A stretch of DNA of 46,880 nt from Klebsormidium nitens (taxonomy: Eukaryota > Plantae > Klebsormidiophyceae), in contig DF237614.1 of the NCBI GenBank assembly GCA_000708835.1, forward strand, positions 1 to 46,880, read 5' to 3'. Position 1 is the first letter of the stretch. Each line of letters opens with the position of its first letter. Positions 25,018 through 36,016 of the stretch are shown one piece after another. The translations under genes and the position numbers were made by a program. Below the pieces are notes generated by a model that did not search any database, was not told where the DNA came from, and worked only from the letters and a program-made list of their open reading frames with translations.

Positions 25018-25047
25018 TAAAACCCTAAAACCCTAAAACCCTAAAAC
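25018..25047 (-). repeat. Interstitial telomeric tract (TTTTAGGG)3+
   Basis: TAAAACCCTAAAACCCTAAAACCCTAAAAC, perfect units. Confidence 0.95.
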
Positions 25048-25311
25048 ACTAGCTGCATACCTTCGCTGCCGAGCAGCATGTTTGGCATTCTGCTCTTCTT
25101 TTGAAACAGACGCAACTGGTCCTAGCTTGATAACAGGAAGCGGCCCCTCCTCAAAGTGAACCTTGAGCCTGTGCTGTTGGAAAAGCTCCATCTGACGGGT
25201 ACGCGGAAACCTTTGCTTGCAAATGCCCCCATCTTCCAAATGCAACTCGCAGATCCCGAAAGAGTCCTTTCTGATGAATCCTGTCTCCTCTGAAGTTTTC
25301 TTGGCCGCCAT
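25033..25311 (-). pseudogene. C2H2-like zinc-finger ORF terminating inside the telomeric tract
   Basis: C-x9-C..F..QQHRLKVH spacing; the stop TAG is supplied by the telomere repeat. Confidence 0.35.
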
Positions 25312-25846
25312 TCTCTTCCTTCAACAGTAGCTTCTGGGTGATGTGAGAATAAAAGCTAGTTCAAGTTGACTCTACACTAAGCTACGGTAGCTCCCGAGTG
25401 CTTGAATTTCTGTTCTTCAGATGACCGTTGGAAACCCGTATTGACGGTCCGCTTTCATGTCTGACTTGCCGCCAAATTTGTGCTGAACGGTTTCGGTGGA
25501 ACTTTAGACATTCGACCCGGGCAATACTGCTGACTACGTGGCGTGAAGACATTCACCGTCCCCAAAACTTTTCCCAGTTGGCAGCCTCCGGTTGGATATG
25601 TCCATGATGTCATCCCAATAAGGCGCGGTACGTTATCTAAGTACGGGAACCGAACAATTCGGGGATGACCTTTCTTCATGCCCTCACTGACACCTCAGTC
25701 GCAGAAGGCGTTCCAAGCTCCGGGTGTAAGTTCCAAGAAGCTGTGGGATTTGTACACGCGCTGCAATTATCTTTTGAAAGGCAGTGGCAAAGAACGTTCT
25801 AGCACTGGTCCGTGTGTAAAGGCTGCTTTAGCAGCAAGTCGGAGCC

Positions 25847-28741
25847 ATGAGCGGGAGTGCTTCCCTACCTGAGGACGATTTCACTCAATTGCTTCGGAGC
25901 CTTCAGGAAGACGAGGAATTGCGAGAACTAGTTGCAGGAGGAGATGGCCCCAATTATGAGAGAGCACTTGTCGACGATGAGAATGTTTCAAGGGATGTGG
26001 GCGGGATCGGTGTTGACACAGCTGGCAGCAATGGTGGGTCGGTGTCTTGGCTCTTCGATGTCCCCACGGGTAACCTTGACTTCCTTGCAGAAGAAAACAC
26101 TGCCAGCTCGGATCTAGGGTGCCAAGCAACTGGCAATCATGGTTGTCTGGTCGAGCAAGAGCATGCACCAGAGATTGGTCATCTCTCCAAGCCGGTGCTT
26201 GGCATCAACAACCAAGTGATAGTGGATAAGAATCTGGGGGTCCTCCTCTTACGGGAGGACCGTAATGAGGGACCTGGGAGAACGGGAAACGATGGCCATA
26301 CTTTGAAGCGGTCTCGTAGCTTGTCTGCGAGGGACCCTTGGGTTGAGAAAGAGGGTTCTGATGTGGATCAAGGGGGGCAAGCAATGGGCTTTAGTGCGGA
26401 TTTGCCAGAGAAAGAGCATTTGACAGGGATTAGTGCTCGCTCCCGGAAGTCACTTGACAGCGGTGTGTTTCGGTCGGAAATTCCAAGGACGGATGGTGAT
26501 GACTTCAAGGGCTTGAGAGACTCTGAGATTTTGGAGAGTGTGGAAATGGCTCCGACTGGAGAAACAGCAGGCAATGATGCGTGTCCGCTTGGGGGAGGAC
26601 AGTTTGGTGGGGTTGGCTCTACTACCCATGATCTTGAGTGCACTTCCATGGAGAAGATGCCTGACCTGATTAGCAAGTTGAAACCAAGGGGGCCAAATGT
26701 TCCATTCGAAGTCAAAGCAGCAGTGCAATGCGCGAGCGCATACCTTGAGAAAATGAATTGCTCGTTCTTTATCTGCATCAATGGAGAAGTTGAAGTGTCG
26801 CCCTCCCTTGAAGCACACAAAGAAGGTTTTGCAACATTCTTCAGGGAAGCAGAATTTACAAGGTGCGTATCCTTCTGTTTCATGTCAAGAGTCTCTGTCA
26901 AGTTCAGGGGATGTATCATGACACATGGTACACAAGACTTTTCTTCTTTCAAAAATACTTAGCACTCACAGTGGTCACAATCTGCCACAATCGTTGAGCT
27001 GCCTCTTCTTGTGACGGGCTTACACCAGGTCGTAACAATGTGTGCAGTGAAGAGTTGGAGGCCATCCAAGCTCATAGATTGAAGGTGCCATTTTCGGCGA
27101 GAGGCGTTTCCAAGAATGATGTGAGCGCAATCCTGGCAGCCCTTATGCAGGAGATGGAAAAGCTCAACAGCCCCACTGTAGAGCTATCAAGGGTGAGTGA
27201 GGTAGTACTCTTCATACGAAGCATGCGTGCTCAAATACTGTTGCACCAGGAAGACCCTATGTGCTGGTAAAGTCGGATTTGCCCCAGTCTTTGACTGTGG
27301 TATTTGGCCATGCAGGAATCCTTTCTGTTTGCCATGGGCCACATGGTGGAAGCCTAAATCTTCAACCATCTTATTTGCAACCTTGCAGGAAACCCATTGG
27401 AGCCCCCATAAACCGCGGTCGAAGACGCTCAAGGTAGTACTCTTCCATATGAGGCATTCTTGTGCTCAATGCTTGTGCTCAACTAGCGTGCACCAGGGGA
27501 CGCTACGTGCTGGTGAAGTCGAATTTACCGCAATCTTCAACATCATGATTCCCACCTTTTGCAGGACCCCTGTTGGTGGCCACGCGGGTTCAGTTACGGA
27601 AAACGGGCACGAGAACAAAGTCGGGAAGACGCTACTGTAATCATCGATCATATTCTGTCACATCTCACTGGTACAATCTACTCGGACCATCACCTCCAAA
27701 AAATTAAGGAGGGGCTCTCAGCGAACTTCAACACGAAGAGTACGCTTGGGTTGAAAGCACGGGGGTTGATCACGGCAGCACTCATTTCGCTCATCAGGGA
27801 GAAGGAACGGAGCAGGGAGTCATCGAAGGTAAGAGCAAAGGGATCTTTAGTACTTTGTTGCCGGGAGTCCCATTTGGGCAACTTTGATGAGGTATCTAGC
27901 GATACTCGATTTTTGATCTGATATGGACGTTTGGTTGATTCAGACTGATAAATTGATTCGTCCAATGGCCAGCATTGCAATGTATTGCAGGTGTTCTGCA
28001 GATTGTCACTTATTGTTCGCCACTTCTGCAGGACGAGGCTGCGTGCCCACAGCAGTCTCCCCGCAAGGTATCTAGCGAAACTCGTTTATCCAATCTGACA
28101 TGTTGGTTTCAGATTGATAGCTTGGTTTGTCCGATGGCTAGCATTGCTGTGCATTACGGGTCTCTGCAAATTTCGCCACTGATTGTTCGACCTTTCTGCA
28201 GCAGCGACGGATGCGATCAACCGCGCGGACGATCTCTCAATGTGCTCCGCCGCAGATGTCGCGGCAGAGGTCTCCGGAATCTCCGTTGGCATATGTCTCG
28301 CGGGCGCATCCGTTTGATCCGTATACGAGTGATTCGTTGGCGTATCACCACCATCGGGTGCCCTCGTACAAGCCACCTTCTGTGGACCGCCTCTTCATTG
28401 GAAATGAAGGTAAGGAGATGTGCGCTTGAATTGGAGCATCAGTCAAACGGATACAAGCTGCAGTGTTGTAGATTCTTAGTGCAGGTCGTGTTGGTGCAAG
28501 GTGCACGCAAAGTGGTAAGACTCAACGAGACGGTTTGCTGACCAAAATCAACTTTGTGTATCATTTTGCAGGTCCCGGTTGGCAACGCGAGACTTGTGTG
28601 TTGCAAATGGCAATCTGCCTGAAGGGATTGAAGTTTTTCGGGAGCCCCGAGGAGCTCGATTATTCAAAGCTCTGCAACACGATCTATGAGTTCCAAGCCC
28701 AGAAGTTCTCCTACATTAAATTACTCGACAGCACCCTTTAG
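25847..28741 (+). CDS. Multi-exon host-type gene, unknown product
   Basis: Long acidic first exon with a donor near 26863. Further exon-like blocks lie near 27040-27194, 27564-27829 (GTAAG), 28199-28408 (GTAAG) and 28571-28741 (stop). No family recognised. Confidence 0.45.
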
Positions 28742-29289
28742 CTTAGTCTCCACATAACGGCCGCCATTTTAATGGCTTATCGGGACTAGTATGGAATGGG
28801 TTCATAGCCATCTAAGATCAAGTCTCTTGCATATGTGATTCGTGTTCTTGCATTTACTTTGTGATTATCAGCTGTCATGACATCAAGTCCGATGTGATCG
28901 CTCTGGTCCAAGATTATGTGAGGATTCATTGGGGGTAACTCTGCGGACAGCAGTTGCTATGCAGAGCGGCCTATTTCGCTCCACAGGATTTGCAACATGG
29001 ATCTGATATGAACTGAAGGCCAGGTCGGCTTGCTCTATTTGATACGATTTCGGTTGTGTGGCATGGTGAATGACACATGCAAAACCAACGTTGTGAATGC
29101 AAAAATGACCGATCAACAATGGTATGACGTGGTATATAAAAAACGATGTTCGATATGTGGCTTTATTTGGTTGTCCTGGCGTCCAAGTCCATCTGCCCAA
29201 GCAGGAGACTGTCACTTTCCCGACTACATGCACCCACCCTGCTGCTACCTACTTTCACTGTTGATGGTTATCTACACACAAGTACTCTC

Positions 29290-30104
29290 CTACGGACTGT
29301 TGACTCTCTCTCCAATGCACATTGGAGTTCCCGGTCCCTGCTGATAGGTCTTCCTGACTTTGAGCACCTGCCCAATCTGCATCTGGGGGCCGCAGACATT
29401 GGGGTTAAGATTCTCAAGGTCAGACAAAGACACACCACACTTCTTGGCCACTGAGACGCATGTTTCACCTTTCTGAACCTGGTGTGTCTCGAAAGTAGTG
29501 CTATTGTTCAGATACACGGTACAACCAGGGATCTGCTTCGTGCACTGCAGACCCATTTCACCACCCTCGCAGTGAGCCGGTTCACAATAGTCCGACCACA
29601 GCTTGAAGCAGGTGCCCACGGTGATGTGGCCAGCAACCAGGTAGGCATAGTTGTCCTGAACGACCTGCTTCTTGTAGCAGGCTCCATTGAAGACAACGCT
29701 GACGCCAGGGATGGCGCTCAAAGTAGCCCCGCCATCGCACTTGCTCTCCACTGCCTGCACAGCAAAGACCACCTCTTCTAAAAATGGAATGCGAAGCACC
29801 AAGGGGCCACACGTGAACCATACTCCGGGAATACCAAGGAGCCAGAAACAGACGCACATGAAATCCAATAACTGTTTCGACCAGGGCCCAACGCAACAAA
29901 AGCACAGCGTACAATCTTGCCTGCCAAGAAACTTCATCTAGGATAAGAAGTCATGTTCACCTTGGATACAACGCCTCCTTGTATGATCTTGCAGGCCACA
30001 CGGACGTCGTCGCAAAAAGCGTTCCCCAGATGCACCTGCAGGATGCTGAATCCTAGGATCACGAGAAGATACGTAGCTGGGTGACTGCTCTGGCGTTTTG
30101 CCAT
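29290..30104 (-). CDS. Secreted Cys-rich protein with C-terminal LysM domain (2 exons: 30104-29961, 29754-29290; ~202 aa)
   Basis: Signal MAKRQSSHPATYLLVILGFSILQVHLGNA, phase-0 GT..AG intron, LysM HQVQKGETCVSVAKKCGVSLSDLENLNPNVCGPQMQIGQVLKV. Confidence 0.85.
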
Positions 30105-30256
30105 GCTTGCCAAACGGACAATTTGCTTGCGAAATCTCGGAATGAACTGGGCATCGAACTTTTGCTCTCCTTTTATCCACCCGTTGGTTAAAAGGTTGAA
30201 GTGAACGCCTCTGTGCTGCATTTGCGCGGACACCGTATCCAAGTTGGCGGATGGGT

Positions 30257-30423
30257 TGGGAGGCCGCCCATTCAAAGTCGTCGATGGCGACGGCCGCCGT
30301 TTTGGAGCCGTCGGATGTCAGGTATGGGAGGCCGCCCATTTAAAGTCGTCGGATATGGCAGCCGCCGCTTTTGAAGCCGTCGGATGTCATGTTTGGGAGG
30401 CCGCCCATTTGAGGTCGTCGATG
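30257..30423. repeat. 68-69 bp tandem repeat (2.4 copies) upstream of the LysM gene
   Basis: TGGGAGGCCGCCCATT..AGTCGTCG at 30257, 30325 and 30394. Confidence 0.9.
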
Positions 30424-30458
30424 TGCGCCCCACATGTGGTCAACAACTCCTGACGATG

Positions 30459-30560
30459 ATTTTTTTATATATTTATATAAAGTTTATAATTATATAGATT
30501 TTTATAGTTTATAGTTTATAGTTTATATAAATAAAATATTTATTATTTATTTATCTTTTT
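30459..30560. other. Almost pure-AT tract at the host/virus-like boundary
   Basis: ~100 bp with only a handful of G/C; inverted 12-mers at 30470-30481 and 30522-30533. Confidence 0.9.
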
Positions 30561-30563
30561 CTG

Positions 30564-31133
30564 CTACATGAACTGCATTACAACAGGGAGGTCGAACGAT
30601 GTTGATGTGAGCTGCATGGTGTTTATGTTCACGTCCCCAGTCTCTGGTGCAGACTTATCGTAGAAATAACGCACCTTGACTCCTGACATTACACTATACT
30701 CTTCCTTTTCTGAGAGGCTCTGCTTGTTCCCAACCTTCAGCACTCGCGCTATATCGTCCTTGCTCAGATGTCCTAGCAGGGGGAAAGACTTGGAAGCACC
30801 CACGGGTATCAGCCAGTATTCTGCTACGGCACGCATAGCCTTCAACTTTTCTGCCAGTCCATCGCGGTCGAACTTGACGAACGTTCCCTGCCCACCGTGC
30901 TCCTCCTGTGTCTCTACCTTGCTCGTACCCATGACATTCCGCGCCTCCTTTCTACCGACCTTCTTTTGGACTTTCGCTGGGATGTCTGCGTGAGCGGGTA
31001 CCTTGCAGACTGCCTTGTGTCCATCTTTCCAAGCTGCACTCTGGCAGACCGTGCTGCAGTAGGATACGTAGAAGCACCTTCCACACCGTTTCAGGTCATC
31101 ACGGGAACCACAGTGGTCGCATGCAGGAGCCAT
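30564..31133 (-). CDS. MYND zinc-finger protein (189 aa)
   Basis: CDHCGSRDDLKRCGRCFYVSYCSTVCQSAAWKDGHKAVC matches CxxC..CxxC..YC...CQ...W..H...C; intronless. Confidence 0.9.
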   Translation of the reverse strand: MAPACDHCGSRDDLKRCGRCFYVSYCSTVCQSAAWKDGHKAVCKVPAHADIPAKVQKKVGRKEARNVMGTSKVETQEEHGGQGTFVKFDRDGLAEKLKAMRAVAEYWLIPVGASKSFPLLGHLSKDDIARVLKVGNKQSLSEKEEYSVMSGVKVRYFYDKSAPETGDVNINTMQLTSTSFDLPVVMQFM

Positions 31134-31509
31134 TGTCCCTCTTGTGTGTGTTTTTCCCTTGAGCAGCCACAAATTGCAGTGAGAAAACCGCTCTGGTCGA
31201 TCTGTCGTTGGTCTTGCACGGGGGCTTAATCTAAAAGAACCTTGCACTCCTTGAGACATGTGATTCTCCCTTGAAGTATACCATTACCGTAGTCTACCGT
31301 TACCAGATGACGCCAGACACGACCGTCCGCGACACATATGACGATCCAGATATTTTACAAACTTTCCCGCGCAAACCTCTGCATTGTGCCTAAGGGGAGT
31401 CCTGCTCACTTTCATTTTTTCGGCATAGAGACAGACGCAGAGAAGCAAGATGGTGGGGATCTACGCCGTCAGGTCCGGGGAGGTGCCATGCCATATGAAT
31501 GTCATGCTA

Positions 31510-31564
31510 CAGCCTGTTCAGAATAAAATGGCACACTCGCCATAGTACTCTGCCGTATCTACTG
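31510..31564 (-). mobile_element. 55-bp internally deleted relic of the Fanzor element
   Basis: 31510-31560 matches the Fanzor right end (46/51 vs the reverse complement of 39293-39343), followed by ACTG; TA on both sides (31508-09, 31565-66). Confidence 0.85.
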
Positions 31565-31633
31565 TAGGATCATGTTTTGACTATCAGGTAACGTGAGAGT
31601 ACTGACAAAAATCCTCTCATATATCAGAAAAGT

Positions 31634-33944
31634 ATGCCCACTGCATCATACAAAGCTACTACCGTTTGTGGTGGAGTAGTATTCATATCGTTTTTGGCAA
31701 CCATGCTCTACATGGTCGGGTGGTCCCCCAGCAGCTCCGCACGGAGTCCTCTCGCGGCGAGTCTAGAGCTGGAAACGCTCTCCGGAATCGAAGATGAGAT
31801 CAAGAACGTGGTCGATGGCTCTATGAGAGCGTGCGTGACGGCCGGCCGGGCCATAGCTTCCGGTTTAGAAGGCAATGAAGACACTTGGGACGCCATCCAC
31901 GCAAGAAGCCCCGCCCTCTGGGGAAACCTTGCAGGGCTCCAGGTACTTCACCAGCGCCGGATTCCAGTCCGCGAGCAATCTGTCCCTTTCTTTCGTCCGG
32001 ACAGGTAACAGCATCATAGAATACACACGAAACGCGACGGATGCACCCAACATCACTGGTTACGAGGTATCATACGATTCAGGCAGAGCATCGCCCATCC
32101 CTACGAACTTCATCGCAACCCCACCCCTACAATACAGAGAATGGTACGTGAGAGCGGTCGCGCAGCAGGACAGAGCGATCGTCACGCCCTTGCTGAGCGT
32201 GCTGGGCTATCCCACCGTCATCGTCAGCTACGCGATTTCCGACAGTACGGATACGCTGAGAGGAGCGGTCAACTTGGGTCTGGACGTCAGCTTCGTCCTG
32301 TCGACCCTGGCGAGCAGGAATCGCACGGATTTCTCCACAACGTACGTGACAATACGTCAGAGTGGCGATCTGCTCCCCCTGACGCAGAGCCCTAACTTCA
32401 CGCAATTCGTGAACGCCTACAACTCGACCGACCCCTTTGTCTCCGAAAGCGCCCGCAAGCTCGGAAACGCACTCTATGACGAGAAGGATTACAACCTGCA
32501 GATACGCCTGCGGGGTCGCAGGTATTTCGTGGGAGTGAAGAAGCTTCTGAACAACGTCGATCTTACGATGGTAGTCCTCATGCCGAGGGACTACTTCTTC
32601 GCTCGGGTGGACCACGACAGGACCGTGACCATCGGGGTCTTCTGCGCGGCCATGGCCCTCTGGGCTGTGTTCGCGCTGGTAGTCAGTATTGCCTTCTTCA
32701 GGTTGCGGAAGCGGGAGCGGATCCTACGGGCCGCCGCCAAACACGAGGAAGAACAGCATAAGCTCAAGCAGATTCTGTTGACCAGGCTGAGCCACGAGTT
32801 GCGGACGCCGATGACCGTAGTCATGGGTTTGCTGGAAGAGCTCCAGAACGATTGTAAACAAGAGGACCTCATGGAGAACGTGAACCTGTTGAAGAAGACG
32901 AGCATCGATATGTTGCACCTTTTAGACGGAATTCTCGTCCTCGCGAAGAACGAAGCCGGAAAGACAAACGTGGAGAAGCAACTGTTCGACCTGAAGGCCG
33001 AGCTGAAGGCCGCTTTAGCAGCCATAGCCCCTCTCCTAACACCCCAAGGAGTGACCACGAGCCTCAAGTACGATGAGCACATGGCAAAGGAATTCGTGGG
33101 TGACCGCCGCGTGTTGCGGCAGATCCTGGACAACCTCCTAAACAATGCGGCAAAGTTCACGGACCACGGGCGTATCGAGATCGAGGTCGCGGGGAATCCA
33201 GTGAAAACGGACGATAGGTACCTCGTAGAGATCATGGTGAGAGACACGGGCATAGGTATCGATCCTTCTCGACGAGAAGCCATCTTCGAAGAATTCGTGC
33301 AGGCCAACGATCGTATGAAAACTCTTTACGGAGGTAGCGGTCTCGGTCTGAGCATAGTGCGTTCGCTTTGCAGACTATTGGGCGGGGACATCACCGTGGA
33401 TTCCTCGTCGAGCCAGGGTACCTGCTTCCGATTTTCAGTGTCACTTGGCGTCCCATCCGCGTCCATCAGGAGGTCCGAGGTGGTGAGCGAGACCATGAAG
33501 AACGACGACTCTCCGTTGGAAGGCATCCGCGTGTTGGTGGCGGAGGATACACGACTCATTAGTAAAATCCTGGAGCGCTTCCTGCTAAAAGAGGGGGCTA
33601 GAGCCACGATGTCGGAAGACGGAAAGGCGGCTCTGGACATCTATTGCGAGCGGCCGTTTGACTACGACATCATCCTCATGGATTTGCAGATGCCTCGTTT
33701 GGATGGTTACGAGGCTACAAGGCAGATCCGTAAGCTGGAAACGGACGGTGCCCTCCCGGGGCGGGTCCCCATCGTTGCGTTGACCGCCCACGCCATGGAG
33801 AACGATGCGATCAAGTGCCGTGAGGTGGGAATGAATGATTACATCCGGAAGCCGATTTCCCGCGAGACCATGTTGTCCACTATCCTCAGCCTCGCCCGAT
33901 CTAAGCGGCTCAGCAGTTCGCGTTCGAATATTTTGAATCCTTGA
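31634..33944 (+). pseudogene. Intronless hybrid histidine kinase, AHK1-like (TM, sensor, TM, HisKA, HATPase, receiver), with one +1 frameshift at GGGG 31920-31923
   Basis: H-box LSHELRTPM, N-box LLNNAAKFT, G1 RDTGIGI, G2 GGSGLGL, receiver AEDT..ILMDLQMPRLDG..KPI. Removing one G joins ORFs 31634 and 31875 into ~769 aa. This could be a sequencing error. Confidence 0.9.
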
Positions 33945-34000
33945 AACGCAGTCCGTGGATACCCACTGCTTTTTTACTTCTTACGCAACGCACAAGCATG

Positions 34001-34546
34001 TCACGTAGTAGGTACAAGCTCGCCTGAAGACTTCTTCTGGACGCAGTCTTCCGGCACCCAATGCTTCTTAGTACCACCACCGTAAACCTCAGCATAGCCT
34101 TCTTCGATGCAGATGGTTTGCAGAGACTTTGTATCGTCAGGTGAGAGGTAGATATCTCCAAGACACCTCCCGTACTTATCCCAACCCTTCGCATCCATCC
34201 AGATCAACGCCACATTCTCTCTGAAAAGCTTGTTGATATCTTTCCTCGCATATTTTCCGTCTATCTCAAACACCCCAGGTGCCACGAGAGCGAGCATACG
34301 GTTGCGCGCCTTTATGGCCCACGCTTTCACCACGGGGTCTTTTGCATTCATCTCTGGTGCGTCGATGCCGAGCAGTCGCACGATAATCTTGTGGACGTCA
34401 TTGTTCTGGAATGGAAAGACGACCGTACAAGTATCGAGGTCGTGCATACCTACAATTCGCGCCCACGCTTGCAATCCCGCCAACGAGAATAACTTTGTAG
34501 AATCATCATACTTGGAGAGAAGCTGCGTAGCTTGCTCCTTGTCCAT
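34001..34546 (-). CDS. Staphylococcal nuclease (SNase/thermonuclease)-like protein
   Basis: HDLDT, RLLGIDAPE, DKYGR and EEGYA retain the SNase catalytic Asp/Arg/Glu pattern. Confidence 0.9.
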   Translation of the reverse strand: MDKEQATQLLSKYDDSTKLFSLAGLQAWARIVGMHDLDTCTVVFPFQNNDVHKIIVRLLGIDAPEMNAKDPVVKAWAIKARNRMLALVAPGVFEIDGKYARKDINKLFRENVALIWMDAKGWDKYGRCLGDIYLSPDDTKSLQTICIEEGYAEVYGGGTKKHWVPEDCVQKKSSGELVPTT

Positions 34547-34593
34547 ATCGTATCAAGTTCTCGAGAAAAGAAAACGAACCCCACGCACGTTCA

Positions 34594-35943
34594 CTAAAAG
34601 TCCTCTCCGGTGAACGGATTTCGCTTCAATTTTGGGTATGGATGCATGTGTCTCTCCGGTTCCCTCAAGTAAGGCTTGAGGAGCTGCTGCTCGTGTGGCG
34701 TATTCGAGTACTGCAAGCCCGTCCTCTGCACCACCAGCCATCGCCACAGACACTCTCTCCAGGTATCAAAGTCTGCATCTCTCCTGGCTAGGAGGAATCG
34801 CTCTATGAGTTTCCTCACCTCGTCCGATGCATCAGCAAGGAATCGATCGGCGTTCCCTCTCCGTACCTTCCATTCTTGCGGTGTGATGTTGCCGACGCTC
34901 GCCGGATCGATGCCGTACAATCGGAGCAATCTCGCGCAGACCGACCGGATCCTCCGATAGTGATTGTCCGTGCTCTTCTCTCTATCATGAACCAGGTCCT
35001 GCAGCTGTCTATGGTAAGTGGGAAGGGAGTCGATGAATGCTTGTGCCTCCACTGGATCCTGTAGGAGAGCCCATATGTGACGGTAGGGACGAGTCTGTAG
35101 CTCCAGTCGCAGTCTGTGTAGATTTTCGGATCTGTTTAAGAGGAAACGCGCGTACCCATCGACCTGGTCGTTATGCTGCCGGATGAGCAGTGCCAGATGC
35201 TCCATTTCCCGGGAGTCATCCGCTCTGACGATCGTGTCAGGGAGATGTTGCCGCATCGAGAATTGTCCCAACACAGGTAGGGTGGCCTCTACAAAGTTTC
35301 TGTAGCCTCTGATCCGCAACAGGTCATTGGTGAGGAAGTCCGCTATAGCCTGCCGTAGACCCTCTATCCTTTCTAGGTACCCATCATCTAGGCTGCTCAG
35401 GTCGTCCAAGAGGGACCTGAGTCCGGGCCTAGCCACCCGGAGGAGCTGCTTCCACACGGCCCTCATCGGCAGCTGGAGATTGCGGTCGTGGAAACGGTCG
35501 GGTTGACCCCACTGCCGTCGATCGAGATACAGATCCGTAAGGACCTCTCTCATGGGTGCCAAGGTGGTCACCACGTAACCTACGACCGCCCGAGCTCCGG
35601 GGTCGAAGAGGGCGATGGCCGTCGACTGATCAATGTCCCCAAGTCCACCCGCTTGAAGAAAGGGTCTGAGACGATTCCAGAGGGCCGCCGCGGTCGATCT
35701 CTTCCGGTCGTCCTGGCTCCGATCGGGCTCCTTGGCCTGCGCAGCGGGCTTGCACTCCGCACGCAATCGCTCTATCTCGCGGTACGACTCCCGGCCCAGG
35801 TCGGTGAGTCGGTTCCTGCCGTTCGATCGAAAGATCCGAGAGACTTCGGACGCCACCGCGCTCTGGCGTGCGTTCAAGCCAGCCCAGATGGCTAACCTCG
35901 CGTTCTCGTTCAGGTTCGAGAGCGTCAGTCTCCTGGCGTTCAT
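34594..35943 (-). CDS. 449-aa protein, possible N-terminal F-box-like motif
   Basis: Long open frame; LSNLNENARLAIWAGLNARQSAVASEVSRIFR resembles F-box spacing; the rest is helical and unrecognised. Confidence 0.65.
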   Translation of the reverse strand: MNARRLTLSNLNENARLAIWAGLNARQSAVASEVSRIFRSNGRNRLTDLGRESYREIERLRAECKPAAQAKEPDRSQDDRKRSTAAALWNRLRPFLQAGGLGDIDQSTAIALFDPGARAVVGYVVTTLAPMREVLTDLYLDRRQWGQPDRFHDRNLQLPMRAVWKQLLRVARPGLRSLLDDLSSLDDGYLERIEGLRQAIADFLTNDLLRIRGYRNFVEATLPVLGQFSMRQHLPDTIVRADDSREMEHLALLIRQHNDQVDGYARFLLNRSENLHRLRLELQTRPYRHIWALLQDPVEAQAFIDSLPTYHRQLQDLVHDREKSTDNHYRRIRSVCARLLRLYGIDPASVGNITPQEWKVRRGNADRFLADASDEVRKLIERFLLARRDADFDTWRECLWRWLVVQRTGLQYSNTPHEQQLLKPYLREPERHMHPYPKLKRNPFTGEDF

Positions 35944-36016
35944 CTTCTTTGATACTATCCTTGGAAAACATTAGGCGTCGGACCATCGAATATTCTCAAA
36001 CATTGTGTATGCAAAG

